Assembly: GCA_964106645.2 (NCBI GenBank)
Contig: OZ067040.1
Origin: Podarcis pityusensis
Taxonomy: Eukaryota
DNA length: 64,000 bases
Direction: 5' to 3' (one strand)
In this document: piece by piece, positions 49,398-61,333 of the stretch
Layout: every line of letters begins with the position of its first letter
How positions within the stretch are numbered: the first letter of the stretch is position 1
Translations under genes and position numbers: made by a program
Notes under the pieces: generated by a model
What the model saw: only the letters and a program-made list of their open reading frames with translations
Database searches by the model: none
What the model was told of the DNA's origin: nothing

Positions 49398-51691
49398 TTA
49401 TGACATGATAAAATGGTTCTTAACAAAGTGAGGAATCAAAGGAAAGAAGTAGATAGAATAATTAGAAATAACACCCCAGAAGGTATTTTGGGCATCACAG
49501 TTAATAAGCAGGCAGTTTCAGGGGACCAGCATGTAGGCACATTTTTGTAAGAACTGGAAAGCAACCGCTGAAGCTTCTGGTTGTCCAGGGAGCAACCTGC
49601 ATGAGACAGCCAGAACCCAAGCTGTGTTGGATGCCTGACAGCTCAATAGTGCTAAGGGAGGCCTAGTTTCACCCCTTTCAGTCAGTCATCAAGAGATATA
49701 GCAAGTACTCTCAAGGAAGAAAATAACTAACAAATAATGCAGTCTGACTGGTTGTAAATGAATTAAAAAGTGGCTGTTCTCTGAAACCAACCCTGGAGAT
49801 TGGATCCACCATAAAATAAATGCCTCAATACCCATCACACTAATACCCATTGCTCATAAAGATACCATGGTCAATGGTATCAAAACTGAAAATAAGCCTG
49901 ATACCTGGTTTTGACTTCAAGACAATCTATGAATCAGGCTGGGTCCAAGAAGAATGATAACGCAGGAAGGAGATGTGACTTTTCTGTTTGCCGTAACAAT
50001 GATCACTTCACTGCTTAAGCCAGGAGGATGGAAAACTGTATTAATATTACAAATATAAATGTTAATATTTAGCATAATATTTAGCCATTTGAATAACACA
50101 TTGGTTCTCTGTGCATCACTTTACAGCTTTTTACTGTGAGCCTGTGAGATGCTCAGTCTGGGCCATTAGGATTCACTTGACTATTTTTCTGACCACCAAA
50201 AGTGACACCTTTCAACTTGGGGGAAGTGTTGAAGTGGAATGGGTGGGAAGGGATAGCGCAATGGAGGCAAAACAGATTGATAAATCCAAATTTAGAGGAA
50301 GGGTCACCAGTCCTCTCTCTTAAATTCAAGATTCTGATTCTCATTAATCTATCCCTGACATGTGATGTTTGAAACTGAAGCTGTTGTTTCTGTTATGTGT
50401 TTCTTCTGTCTATATGAATAAATTATCATATACCTACTCATGCAAAATTGCTCTATAAGGTTATGGACAGAACATGTGGAAACAGAAACAAAAAGAACAG
50501 GCACAATCTAGAAAATGTAAATTTTAGCTAAAGTCCAGAAGTTGAACTGGTAGCTTCATCAGAACCAGGAAGCCTCTTTTATTTAGATTAGAGTTGTGAT
50601 TCTCCCTGACCCATCCTCAAGTTAAGAAATAAAAAATCTCCTAGTGAGCTGTGCTTTAGTAAATAGTCTTCTTGTTATGCTCCCACAGGATAGCAGTTAT
50701 GCCTATGAATGTCCAAGGGTCTCTGTGCAAACAGAGAAAAAGACTGCAGAGCTTAAATCTGTTTGGGTATCATAAATGTTTGCTTCTGAATGCCCAGTAT
50801 TTGTTATTTTCTTAACTCGCTGTGACTCCACCCTCACTGAAAGATTTCCTGTTGCAGTACTGAAGCTACAAAAGCAAAAATGGCAGTGTGGATACCACTT
50901 CTAATATTCTTTATTCTGCTAAGGAAGAAAGGAAATAGCAAAACATCAGAAGAGGAAGCAGCTGATGAATAATGTATACGGGTTCCTTTGCCTGGAAATC
51001 CTCTTCACTTTCCATTTATATGTCTATTTTAGTTTGTCTAGGACACTGTTAAAAGGTACAAGGGGAATATATATGTGTATGTGTAGACACACACACATAT
51101 AAACTGCTGCGGGGGATTTATTCTAACAAAACATTTCTAGGGTGCATTTTTTAACTACAAATGTACTCCCAACTGAAATTTAGGATCAAAACAGAAAAAT
51201 GGCATTGCTGCTTTTTACCTAACACACACAGGTTAAACAATCAAGCATTGATTGATATTGGTCCTTAAACCTCTTACTTCAGTTCTTTTTCATATCCTGC
51301 GGCTCCAATTTGCATCTGTTAAAATCAATGTAAGTAATTTCAATACATGTAAGCACATTAAACGCTATGCTCAGTTGCAGTCTATATGCTTAAACAAAAA
51401 TACTGTGGTCATATAAAAGGGACAACCTTGCCAAAATTAAGCAACTGATTTCAATGTTAGGTTTAAGCATATGCTTAACTCTCCTACTAAAATACATAGA
51501 CTTAACCCATCATGCTGAATCTGTTAAGAATGGTATGGTGGACTTGTACATGCAGAAGTATCTCTAGGATGGCAGTATTCAGATAGCAGTACATTCACCA
51601 AAGGCAAAGCCCTCAGCTGAACGGCTTAGGCCCAGGATACCTTGAAAATCTCTTTGTCCTGTACATCCCAAGCCAATACCTGAGATCATAT

Positions 51692-51900
51692 TTTGTTGTT
51701 GTTTAGTCGTTTAGTTGTGTCCGACTCTTCATGACCCCATGGACCAGAGCACACCAGGCACTCCTGTCTTTCACTGCCTCCCGCAGTTTGGTCAAACTCA
51801 TGCTGGTAGCTTCAAGAACACTGTCCAACCATCTCATCCTCTGTCATCCCCTTCTCCTTGTGCCCTCCATCTTTCCCAACATCAGGGTCTTTTCCAGGGA
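51692..51900 (-). mobile_element. BovB LINE 3' end
   Basis: Reverse complement of ~9741-9948, with a (TTG)n tail on the plus strand. Confidence 0.92.
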
Positions 51901-53204
51901 CCAGAGCACACCATTTCATGGAATCAGCACTACAGTTTTGGCATTTCTTTAATGCCAAGCTCTTGATTTTCTTTTTTTGAAGTAAAATTTTTGTTTTTAC
52001 TCTATTTTTAAAAAATAACGGAAATATTTCTTTGAGCACAGTTAGCAATTTCTTTGAGGAATGCACAAAAATAATATTGGGAAAATGAAAGAGAGGGGGA
52101 AATGGCTGGCTACAGCACTGTACTGTTCAAGCATTATAGCTTTCTGTTCTTCAGAACTGCATTCCCATAGTAGCTTAGGTCACTAATGAAAAATGAGGTT
52201 GTTGATTTTAGCCTGGTCTCCTGAGGACCACAACACAAACCACACAGTTCAACACAATTAGCAGTTTATTCAGCAGAGACACAGCTTTGGCATAGCAGGA
52301 TTTCTCAACATCATGATGAAAGAAGCTTGTCAGAGCTGCAGATTGAAACATGTACATTTATGCTATTAGAACCAATCTTTTCTGGGTCTAATCAGGGGCA
52401 GGGGGAAAGTGACTGTTAAAATGGGGCAGCTGGATCTGTCCTCATGGCTGTTTGTTCTGTTTTAATGCCCCATTTTAAATATTTGCTGTTGGTGAACTCT
52501 AAAATGACTGAGGTCTCAGAAGCTGCAAACCAACGGTAGCCTTTTTGCTGTTAATATTCTCTACACTAATGTGTATTTATTAATCTGAGTTCACTCAACA
52601 CAGGGACATATAAGAACTCAGGGGTGGAGGGCGTCTAATGTGTCAGGTCATCATTCTTCAAGCTCCTTTGTCTTCACTTCACATCATCATCATCATTTTT
52701 AAAACATTATTGTGAGACAGCTGAACTATTAAGTTTTTTTAAAAAAAATCTTGAGTCTTATTAAAATATATAAAGGGGTTTTTGTTTTTGTTTCTTTTTA
52801 CCCCTTTAATTTTTTTCCTTTTTGAAAAAATAAAATAAATTTTAACTGATTTTTTTTAAATTTTAGTTAATTTTAAGTCTTTAACTCCACCTTTTCAAGT
52901 TAACGTCATTATTTATCCTTGCCTTTTAATTGTGAACTCCCACTCTTATTCTATTTATAAGATTTTGCCTCCACTTTCATTTTTAACCTTAAATTCTTTG
53001 TAAAAAATTGTTTAATTTTCTTTTTCTATTATACTTTCAATTCTTCTACACACAAACATCCTCCCTTCTCCCCCCCCCCAAATATAAGCCCCCACCCCAG
53101 TTTGTTTCTTGCGTGTTTACACATTGCTCTATGTTTCTTGCTCATCTGTCAATCTATTTGTTTGTGTGTCCCTCACTTGGGCACCTTCACTGATATGGCT
53201 ACTG

Positions 53205-53367
53205 CAGCCCAGGAGAAAATTGCACTAAAATATTGATGAATTTTTCTGAGGACTTTTTTCTTTTAAAAAAATCACAAACTGTTATGGAAATGTGGGGAAC
53301 TCAACTTAAGACTGGAAAAGTGCGAAACTGAGAGAAATAAAAAATTGGCAAATTCACCCATCCCTTA
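53205..53367. mobile_element. Fragment of the 12960 old DNA-transposon family
   Basis: gagaaaattgcactaaaatattga...tggaaatg...attcacccatccct parallels 13236-13375. Confidence 0.5.
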
Positions 53368-54287
53368 GTTGTACATACTTAATTAGCCAAAAAATTCTAT
53401 CTGAAGTAACATTTGAAGCAAATTTAGTGACTCGTGCTTGGAGAAACAGTGGATATATTTTGAAGAAAGCCAAAAGGAGTTTCAGTAACACTGGCATTTG
53501 CTTGGTGTAGCAGCTGCCTGGCAAAACAAGACTAGTTTGAGCTGCCTGAGTATGCAATTTATGTATTAGAAGCTTATGTGGTAAGAAAATACTTCTGATC
53601 TTCTTTGGAAACATTTAGCTGTTTTCTCTGGGCAACATCCACATTTTATATAATTGCTTTATATGACTCTTACGATTTTATTTTGTTAATAATGCTTTTG
53701 CAATATGCCGGCTGCTTATCACAGCCAGCAGACTGCTTATACTTGATTATGCCTGATCCTTCTTGAAAGAATAAACTATTTTATCAACAACTGACTTAAA
53801 GCTAACAGGACTTGCAATGGTGCAAAGTTGTAAAGACAAGCTGGGAACTCTAAACTCTTTACAATGTTTATTAAGGTCTGAATGATGCCAAGAAATGCAT
53901 TATTTATCAGCTTAGCACTTGATTAGGTGTTAAATAGCTGTCACAAGAGATTTCAGCAGTAACTGGGTTGACTTCCAGCAACTGTCACATTATAGTGTGA
54001 TCTAGGATAGAGAACTGTAGGGGAAAGACGCACCATAGCATGGCTAGTGCTGCTTTTCTCTCTGTGGGTCCAAGCCGGGAAAGAATAAAAGCGTCTGGGA
54101 TCTGGCGTGATGGAGGAGGGATGGGCCTCAGTCTAATTCTGCCATTGCCAGAAGGAGCATCTGTTGTTTTCTGGAGGCTGGCCTAATGTTAGGTTAAGAG
54201 CCCAAAGAGGTAAGATGTGCCAGAGAAGAGTAGGTAACACAGGCTGGTAAGGAAAGGCTATGCATGAATAAACTATGCAGCAGGACT

Positions 54288-54380
54288 ATGTGTATGTGGT
54301 CCTCCAGGTGTCATTGGAATACAACTCCCATTATGAATGACCATTGGCAATGCTGAAGGAACACAGGTTCTCCATCCCTA
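54288..54380. mobile_element. Decayed copy of the 60798 MITE family
   Basis: gtggtcctccaggtg...tacaactcccatt...gaccattggc...caggttctccatccct. Confidence 0.45.
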
Positions 54381-54714
54381 CTATTCAGGGAGGCCCGGGG
54401 GGCAAGGAAGGAACAAGATAAGGTAGTGAATCTGAGAGATTCACACCAACAGTGCATTGCACAGAAAGGTGTGTTGGCAGAAAAAGTAGGCCATCAACCA
54501 CTTATGCCACTAGGTGAACAATTCTAGGGCCTAGGAAGAACGAACAACAGCAATGGTGAAGCTAGCTAATTGAGACCTTGGGATTAATGGTCGCCATGGG
54601 GTATGATGTCAAGTTCTGCAAGAGGGCTTCTAAGCACCCTTGCTCTAGGTGGGACCTGAAGAACACTGACATGTGGCTGGAATTATTGGGCCAAACACTG
54701 AGAAGAGGCCAGAT

Positions 54715-54719
54715 TAATA

Positions 54720-54759
<40 letters not shown>

Positions 54760-55432
54760 TCTTTATTGTCATTGCCCCCTTCGGGGACAACGAAATTACT
54801 TGCCTGCTCCATAAAAACACTAATTAATCAATACAGTATAATACAGCAGGGAGATTAGATGACTTTCAAAGTCTGGGCTTCCCATTCAGGGCCGAGATCG
54901 CTCTGGAAAAGAAGCTGTTCTTAAGACGGCTCGTTCTTGTCTTCATCATCCTGTATCTCCGTCCCGACGGCAAGAGCTCGAAGAGACAGTGACCAGGATG
55001 CGATGGATCTTTTACTATGTCCAGTGCCTTCCTATGGCACCTTGTGGCATAAATCTGCTCTAAGGTGGAGAGTGGGCAGCCAACAATGCTCTCTGCTGCC
55101 TTAACAACCCTGCACAACCCCATCCTGTCCTGGGTAGTACAGCTTCCGTACCACACACATAAGCCATAAGTGAGCACGCTCTCAATGGCACAGTGATAGA
55201 AGGCAAGCAGCAGTTTCTGCGGAAGATGGTTTTTCCTTAGTATTCTCAAAAAGTACAGTCTCTGCTGCGCCTTCTTCACAAGCCCCCTTGTGTTGACACT
55301 CCAGGACAGATCCTCTTGTAATTCAATGCCCAAAAATCTGAACGTTGTTACCCTCTCCACACAGACCCCATCAATCAAAAGTGGCTGGACGTTGCTCTTC
55401 TGTCTCCTGAAGTCCACCACAAGCTCCTTTGT
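54715..55432 (-). mobile_element. Rex1/Babar LINE 3' fragment with (ATT)n tail
   Basis: Open frame TKELVVDFRR...FRFLG...KKAQQRLYFLR...DPSHPGHCLFELLPSGRRYR...SFFSRAI*. A 3' UTR stem-loop is at 54772-54790 and (TAA)n at 54715-54760. Confidence 0.9.
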
Positions 55433-57324
55433 CAAGTACAACCAAGGAGTATGCCATAGGATGCAATGCAGTTTCACACAGGTGTGTGAACATTACCGTG
55501 GGCTTCATCCCCACACCTCTTGCAATAGGAACCCCTCCTGCTTTGGTGACTCCCAGGGCTTTAACCCCAGAGCCCCACATAAGGATGCCGGTTCCTCTGC
55601 CCCAAATGCTGGCAGCAGAAACAGGGGGGAAACCCATCAGCAGAACCCATTATTAACCCATTATGCTCTTTAGCCCCATCACCAATCAAACTAGGGGCCC
55701 TATACTCCCCTCCTTCAACCCTATCTGGACCAGCAAGCTGTTCAATATCTCTGGGAAGGTTTCATGCGGGGTTTCGGGATCCTATACTATGAAGAAATAA
55801 ACATACACACACACACACCTTTAATTGCTACACTCCAATGAAACAAAAAACAGTTTGCCAACCTTATAAATAAAAAATCTGAGCAAACACAGTTGCATGC
55901 TTTTTACTCAATTTATCATCTGAACATGAAGGTAGAAGTTAGAAACACTATTCACCAATACGACACGGAGGGGAAGTTTTTAAAAACTAAAACAAAAACA
56001 TTTTCTTTTTCCTAATTTTGCTAAGAAGAAAAAATAGTAAGGGGAAATAAAGGAAAAGATTTGGAAGCATTTCTGTCACTTCCTCTCTGCAAACTACTTC
56101 TGTCCTTGCTTTTCAAAAATGTATATTTAGGGTATATTCTGTCCTCATCTTTAAATGTTTAACAATATGCCTTCCTAATGATTATATAATTTTCTCTCAT
56201 TCACTAAAAGCATATTAACAGGTTAAGTAGCTACACATCTTGCTTTTGTCTAACTTAATTAGGCTTAACATTCTAATGGATAAAAGAGGTTATTTTCACA
56301 GAAGCAGTTTTGGACAAATTAGGAGAAAGATGCCTGTCCATCCAGAACATTAGAAAAAGAAGAAGGTCATCCTAGTCAAACACTAGAAGCAAATACAAAA
56401 GGGAACAAGTTATCTAACTTTCAAATATAAATGAAACAGGCAGGAATTGTTCACAGCTTCAGTGAAGCACTCTTTTATATCCTGATGTAATGGAAAGGAT
56501 GATAGGCCAGATGTAATGGAAAGATTTTGGAAGAAAATATTAGAGGCGTACATTTGACCCTGTCTTTCCGCTTGAGATGCATTAGATGAGATGCTGGTGA
56601 AACAGTTGGGGAAAACCCAGAATGCTCTGAATTATAGGAAGTCACAGAGTGGAGAAATGTTAGCTCTCTGATTCCTCTGAATGCTGGTAATAAATAAAAC
56701 TCAAGCAAGCAATTGTGATGATACTTTCTGAACACATGAATGGAGAGGAACAATGGGCAGAGATGGACTGAGATGTAAAGGATAAGGAGTTGGACTCTGA
56801 ATTTTTGAGACCTGCATTTTAAACCCTACTTGATCATGAAACTCTGCATGCGGTCTTTTGGAGAAATCACTTTCTAACTGTTAGGAAATATAAAATGGGC
56901 AATAGTAGTATTCATGAACAGCCTTCTGTGAGATAAATGACAGGCCTGTTTCGCTTGGATAAAAATGATCAGAGGACGGTAACCGGAAGATCTGTAGTGG
57001 AAAATAGAAGTGGTTCCAGGAAGTAGGAAAGCTTAAGAGTAGGAAGCTCAGCAGTAGGACAGCTGATGGCAGGCACAAAATTATTCATGGGCTAAAACAG
57101 GGGAACATGAATGGAGTATGCAGAGGTGTCAGGAAAGGCAGAAAAGAAAGCCCAACATTTTTTGGGGGGAGGGGTAGACAACTTTAAAAAACAGCAACAC
57201 GCTACCTGCCCCTGGAAACAGCGCTATTTGCCAAAGCTTATAATAAGAATAGAAAGAATGTCAAACTCTATGTCACCTCATCTAACACAGTACACCATCC
57301 ACCTCAAACTCCCCAATTATTATT

Positions 57325-59011
57325 ATTTTTTTTTTTTTAAATGATATTTATTAAGATTTTCAAAAATACAGAAAGTAAAGATTAAAGTACATTCAAAGCC
57401 TTATTTTCATACATTCACTTTCCGGGACTCCCCCCTTCCCCCACCCCTACCATATTCCCCTTTCAAATTGTTGGCTCCACAAGCTCTCAGTTCTAATTAA
57501 AACTTAATTTGTTTAGACCATTATTCGAATTTAAAATTTATACACTCCTCATCAATACCCTTAATAAAAGACAAAAGTTCTCTCCCCAGGGCCCACCCCA
57601 TTTTCATTCCACAATTTCCCTTTTTTTTAAAAATAAGGACACCCCACACAATAGAAATATAAGAAATAAGAAATAAAAAGTATAATAGGTGAAAAAGAGC
57701 CAGTTCAGAAAAAAAAGTTGACAAGCCTTTGGATTTTAGTTCTCCCCCCCCTGTCCCCGGTTTAATTTCCCCCTGACCACCAAACCATGTTATCTGCCTG
57801 GAATTCTTAAAGTCCATAAATCACCTATTTCCCCCAACTCCTTGCTGGCTTTTTCTTCTTATAGTTATTTTTTAAAACATTTAACTTCAAATCTTTAATA
57901 AAACTCCCCCCATTGTTCTTTCCAAGTTGTAGTCCAATTTCCTCTTGTTCCGCTGCTGAAACGTTCTAATTCAGAAGTTTAGTAACTCTGCAGGGATTAT
58001 TGTTATTCAGGAACAAAAACTTGCGTTCAGTCCCTTCCTTTCTTCAATAGAAAATTCTATTGTCTCCTTTAGCTGAACACCCTGTAGACAAAATATTATT
58101 TCCGTTTTGCAGCTTTCCCAGAAGATAACCAGTCCTGTAAAATTCCAAGGGTATTTTTCCACTTACGACCATCTTTGTAATGTCCCGAAACTCCTCTAGG
58201 GGGATTGTTGTAACTTTGTTTTCTCTAGTCCAAAAGTCCGATTGTTATCCATGTTTTCGCCATTTTGTATCCAAGTTTTAACGGGTTATAGCAAATTGTA
58301 ACAAATTTAACCAGCAAAGTTCTCATAATAAAATCCTGTCTGCTTTCCGACTTTGACAGCTACTTTGACAGCTGTCAAAATCTCCGACTCTTTTCACCAG
58401 GCTCTCTCTTCAATCACCCCGGTTCCCAGGGGGGGGGTCACATTTCCCTTCTCCCTCAATTCTTCCTCCAGCACAGTTCTTGTAGTTCCCCATCGTGGAA
58501 TTCTTAGTATTTATCAGCAATACAAATCTTTTTGGACCTTGGTTTCCCCGTCCTTGTTTTGGAAGGTTTACAGTAGGGAGGGGGACTGACTTCCTTTTTG
58601 GATCCCCCCCCGCTCGTGTCCAATCCGGAAAAAAAAATTTTTTTTTTTTTCTCCTTTTGAACCCGGTTTCCAAATTACTCACGGGTTGTTGTTAAGAAGT
58701 CCGAATTTTCAATAGAAGAAGTCAGCGCTCTCCGCCGGATGGCATGCGGCTGCGCTCGGCAGGGATAGCAGAGGACTCAAAGCACCACGCTTCTCCCCGG
58801 CACCCGATCCGTAGCCTTTAAAAAGGCTCCTTCACGAGTCGGGAGGGCGCTAGCGGTGCCAGCCGAGTCTCCATGTCCACGGCCTCCGTGGCCGTGGTTT
58901 TTAAGGGTCCCCGCATCGCCGGTGCGGTAGGACCCAGCCCCTGCCGAGCAGGCTCCCTCCGGAGCTCGGAGGGAGTCCGCCATTCGGCGATGGCGCCAAC
59001 CCGGAAGTCCT
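57325..59011 (-). mobile_element. Non-autonomous L1 derivative (HAL1-like, ~1.7 kb, no ORF2)
   Basis: A 13-bp TSD cccaattattatt lies at 57312-57324 and 59012-59024. The CpG-rich 5' end reads ggacttccggg...atggcgg, and the 3' end has AATAAA plus poly(A). No RT or endonuclease motifs. Confidence 0.78.
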
Positions 59012-59415
59012 CCCAATTATTATTTTTTAAATCCCAGCCCCCAAAATAGAAACTCTTCATTGGTCTGCATGTACACTGTCTTAATCAGATCATTGGCAGT
59101 AGCACCAAGCAGCTATTGCCGGCAAGGGGGGCGGGCAGAATTCAAGAGGGCCAGCATACCTTATTTTTTAAAAAGTGGGCATGGCCAACCTAGTTATTAA
59201 CCTGGAGTTTCAGTTTTTTAAAGTTTTACTTCCATTAGGTTAACAGGAAAAAAATAGAAAATTAACTTTGAATTTATTTATTTTATTTTAAATAAAGTAA
59301 GATTGCATGCAAACACCATTAAAGAGTTTGTGGTACTGTAATACCTTATTTTTGGTCCTATTTTTTTTTAGCTTAGGTTTGGACTGGGTGTTTAATGGTG
59401 AATGATGGTTTACAA

Positions 59416-59607
59416 CAGAGCTTTCCAAACTGTGTGTCGTGACACGTTAGTGTGTTGGCTGCAGTGTGCAGGTGTGTCGATTAATGCTCCCCGCTCTCTT
59501 CCTGGCTGGAAAGGGTTTGGTTTACTTAGTAAAACTGAATTACTGTGTCACAAAAGGATGCATGTCTAAAAAGTGTGTCACCAACATGAAAAGTCTGGAA
59601 AGCTCTG
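59416..59607. mobile_element. hAT MITE
   Basis: TIRs cagagctttcca / tggaaagctctg. TSD gtttacaa / gttgacaa (7 of 8). Confidence 0.88.
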
Positions 59608-60419
59608 GTTGACAAGGTCCCACAATGTAATGTGTTAGGTACCTTGTAGCATTTGTAAGATCTAGCCTTCTATCTTTGTTGAAAGCATATTGAATCTGTA
59701 TGAAGAAATCCTTAATTCTATAACTTGTGGAACATGATTTTCTTAAAATAGGAACAGAAAAAGGAACAACAAAAAAGAAGCAGAATGTTAACTACATAGT
59801 ACCTAACTATAAAGAAGAAGAAACATTTAGCATAACATATTAATATTGTCCCAGTGATCATCAAACAAATAAGGTAATGCCTAAGTATCTCAGTGATTTA
59901 ACCTTTAATGGGCTGGCGCTTTTTATCTGAGAGTACATTGTAATTACAGCCAACTTTTTTTATTGCCCAGCATACTCTTATCCTGTAAATGGCACTAGGT
60001 AAGTCCATAAATAATAATGTGTTAGCTAATTGGGCCAAAGCCATATTTCTATATTTCTGTAATGCTGTCGGTGCTATTTAAGCTGTGCCAAGCTGGCTAC
60101 AGTGAAAATAAAGTGATTTAAATTAACCTTCCTGAAATGCTGTCCTATCAAGCTTCAAGGTCAGTCTGTGCCCGTGAAAAGAATACATAATCAAAGTCCA
60201 CCATGTTGTTTCATTGGCATGTGATATTGAATGGCAACAGAATTTGTAGCTGCACCCGCGGTTCACTATTTTGGATTAATGAAGATACACACAGGAAGGT
60301 GATGGATGGAAGATGAAGGGTCCTGTGTGAAGGGCAGGGTAGAGAGGATCTTCCAAGGTAGGAGGCTGGGGAAGAGGGTGAAGCTCCCAGGTGAGAGCTG
60401 GGAGAGTTCACTCTTCTGT

Positions 60420-60605
60420 GTGTGGAATAAGGGCTAAAATAGAATTGTGATAGAGGACCTTGTATTTACTTTCTCTTTATTCCTTCTCTTTCTTCTTCTT
60501 TATTTTCTTCCATTTCTTCTTCTTGCTTTTTTTCTTTTTCTCAGATTAGTTTATCTTTTATTGTATTTTATGTTGAAAACTTTTAATAAAAATTGATTTT
60601 AAAAA
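60420..60605 (+). mobile_element. Possible L1 3' UTR remnant
   Basis: A pyrimidine-rich tract followed by tgtattttatgttgaaaacttttaataaaaatt...aaaa. Confidence 0.4.
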
Positions 60606-60797
60606 CACACTAAAAATTACTTTTTAATCCCTTTCTCATAGAACTGCATTTGCCTTCCTTAGCGCCCTCAGTTTCACTCTGATAGTCCAATCCTATGCAC
60701 TGAAAGTTTTCCAGTCCTGTGTGTCTGTGTATATATCATTCATTCATTCTCCACCATCCACACACCAGAGGTTTTTGACAATACAGACTCCTTAGGC

Positions 60798-60932
60798 CAG
60801 GCTTCCTCAAACTCAGCTTGCCAGATGTTTTGAGACTACAATTCCCATCATCCCTCACACTGGTCCCGCTAGCTAGGGATCATGGGAGCTGTAGGCCAAA
60901 AACATCTGGAGGGCCGAGTTTGAGGAAGCCTG
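60798..60932. mobile_element. Palindromic hAT MITE
   Basis: TIRs caggcttcctcaaactc / gagtttgaggaagcctg. TSD ccttaggc / ccttagac. Nearly the whole element is a hairpin. Confidence 0.92.
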
Positions 60933-61239
60933 CCTTAGACCCACCCCTTCCATCTTGTTGTAGGCTGCTTATCACTATATGCCAACTTGGTAAATTAAAT
61001 TTAAAGGAAATGGGGCTGGCTTGAGAAGCAATTTGACATTCTTTTCCCAATCAAATTATAATCCAAGATGGAGATCAAGATGGGCTCCTAATCCTCCTTG
61101 AGACAAACATTATTCAAATCAATATGGCTGACCTGACCCAACAACCCCCCCCAAACAAACCTCATTGCAGTCAACTAAAGATAACCAACCACGCCCTGCC
61201 CCCCACCTCTCTCACTACCAAGAAATATGTGTGTAAGTG

Positions 61240-61333
61240 TATGTATACATATATATGTGTATACATACATATACCATACATACATACATACATACATATA
61301 CACATACATACATACATACATATACACATACAT
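61240..61333. repeat. (TACA)n/(TA)n compound microsatellite
   Basis: Directly visible. Confidence 0.9.

Noticed and set aside
52730-53130. T-rich tract resembling an old L1 remnant; similar at ~47640-47830
   Set aside because: No TSD or coding motif could be delimited.
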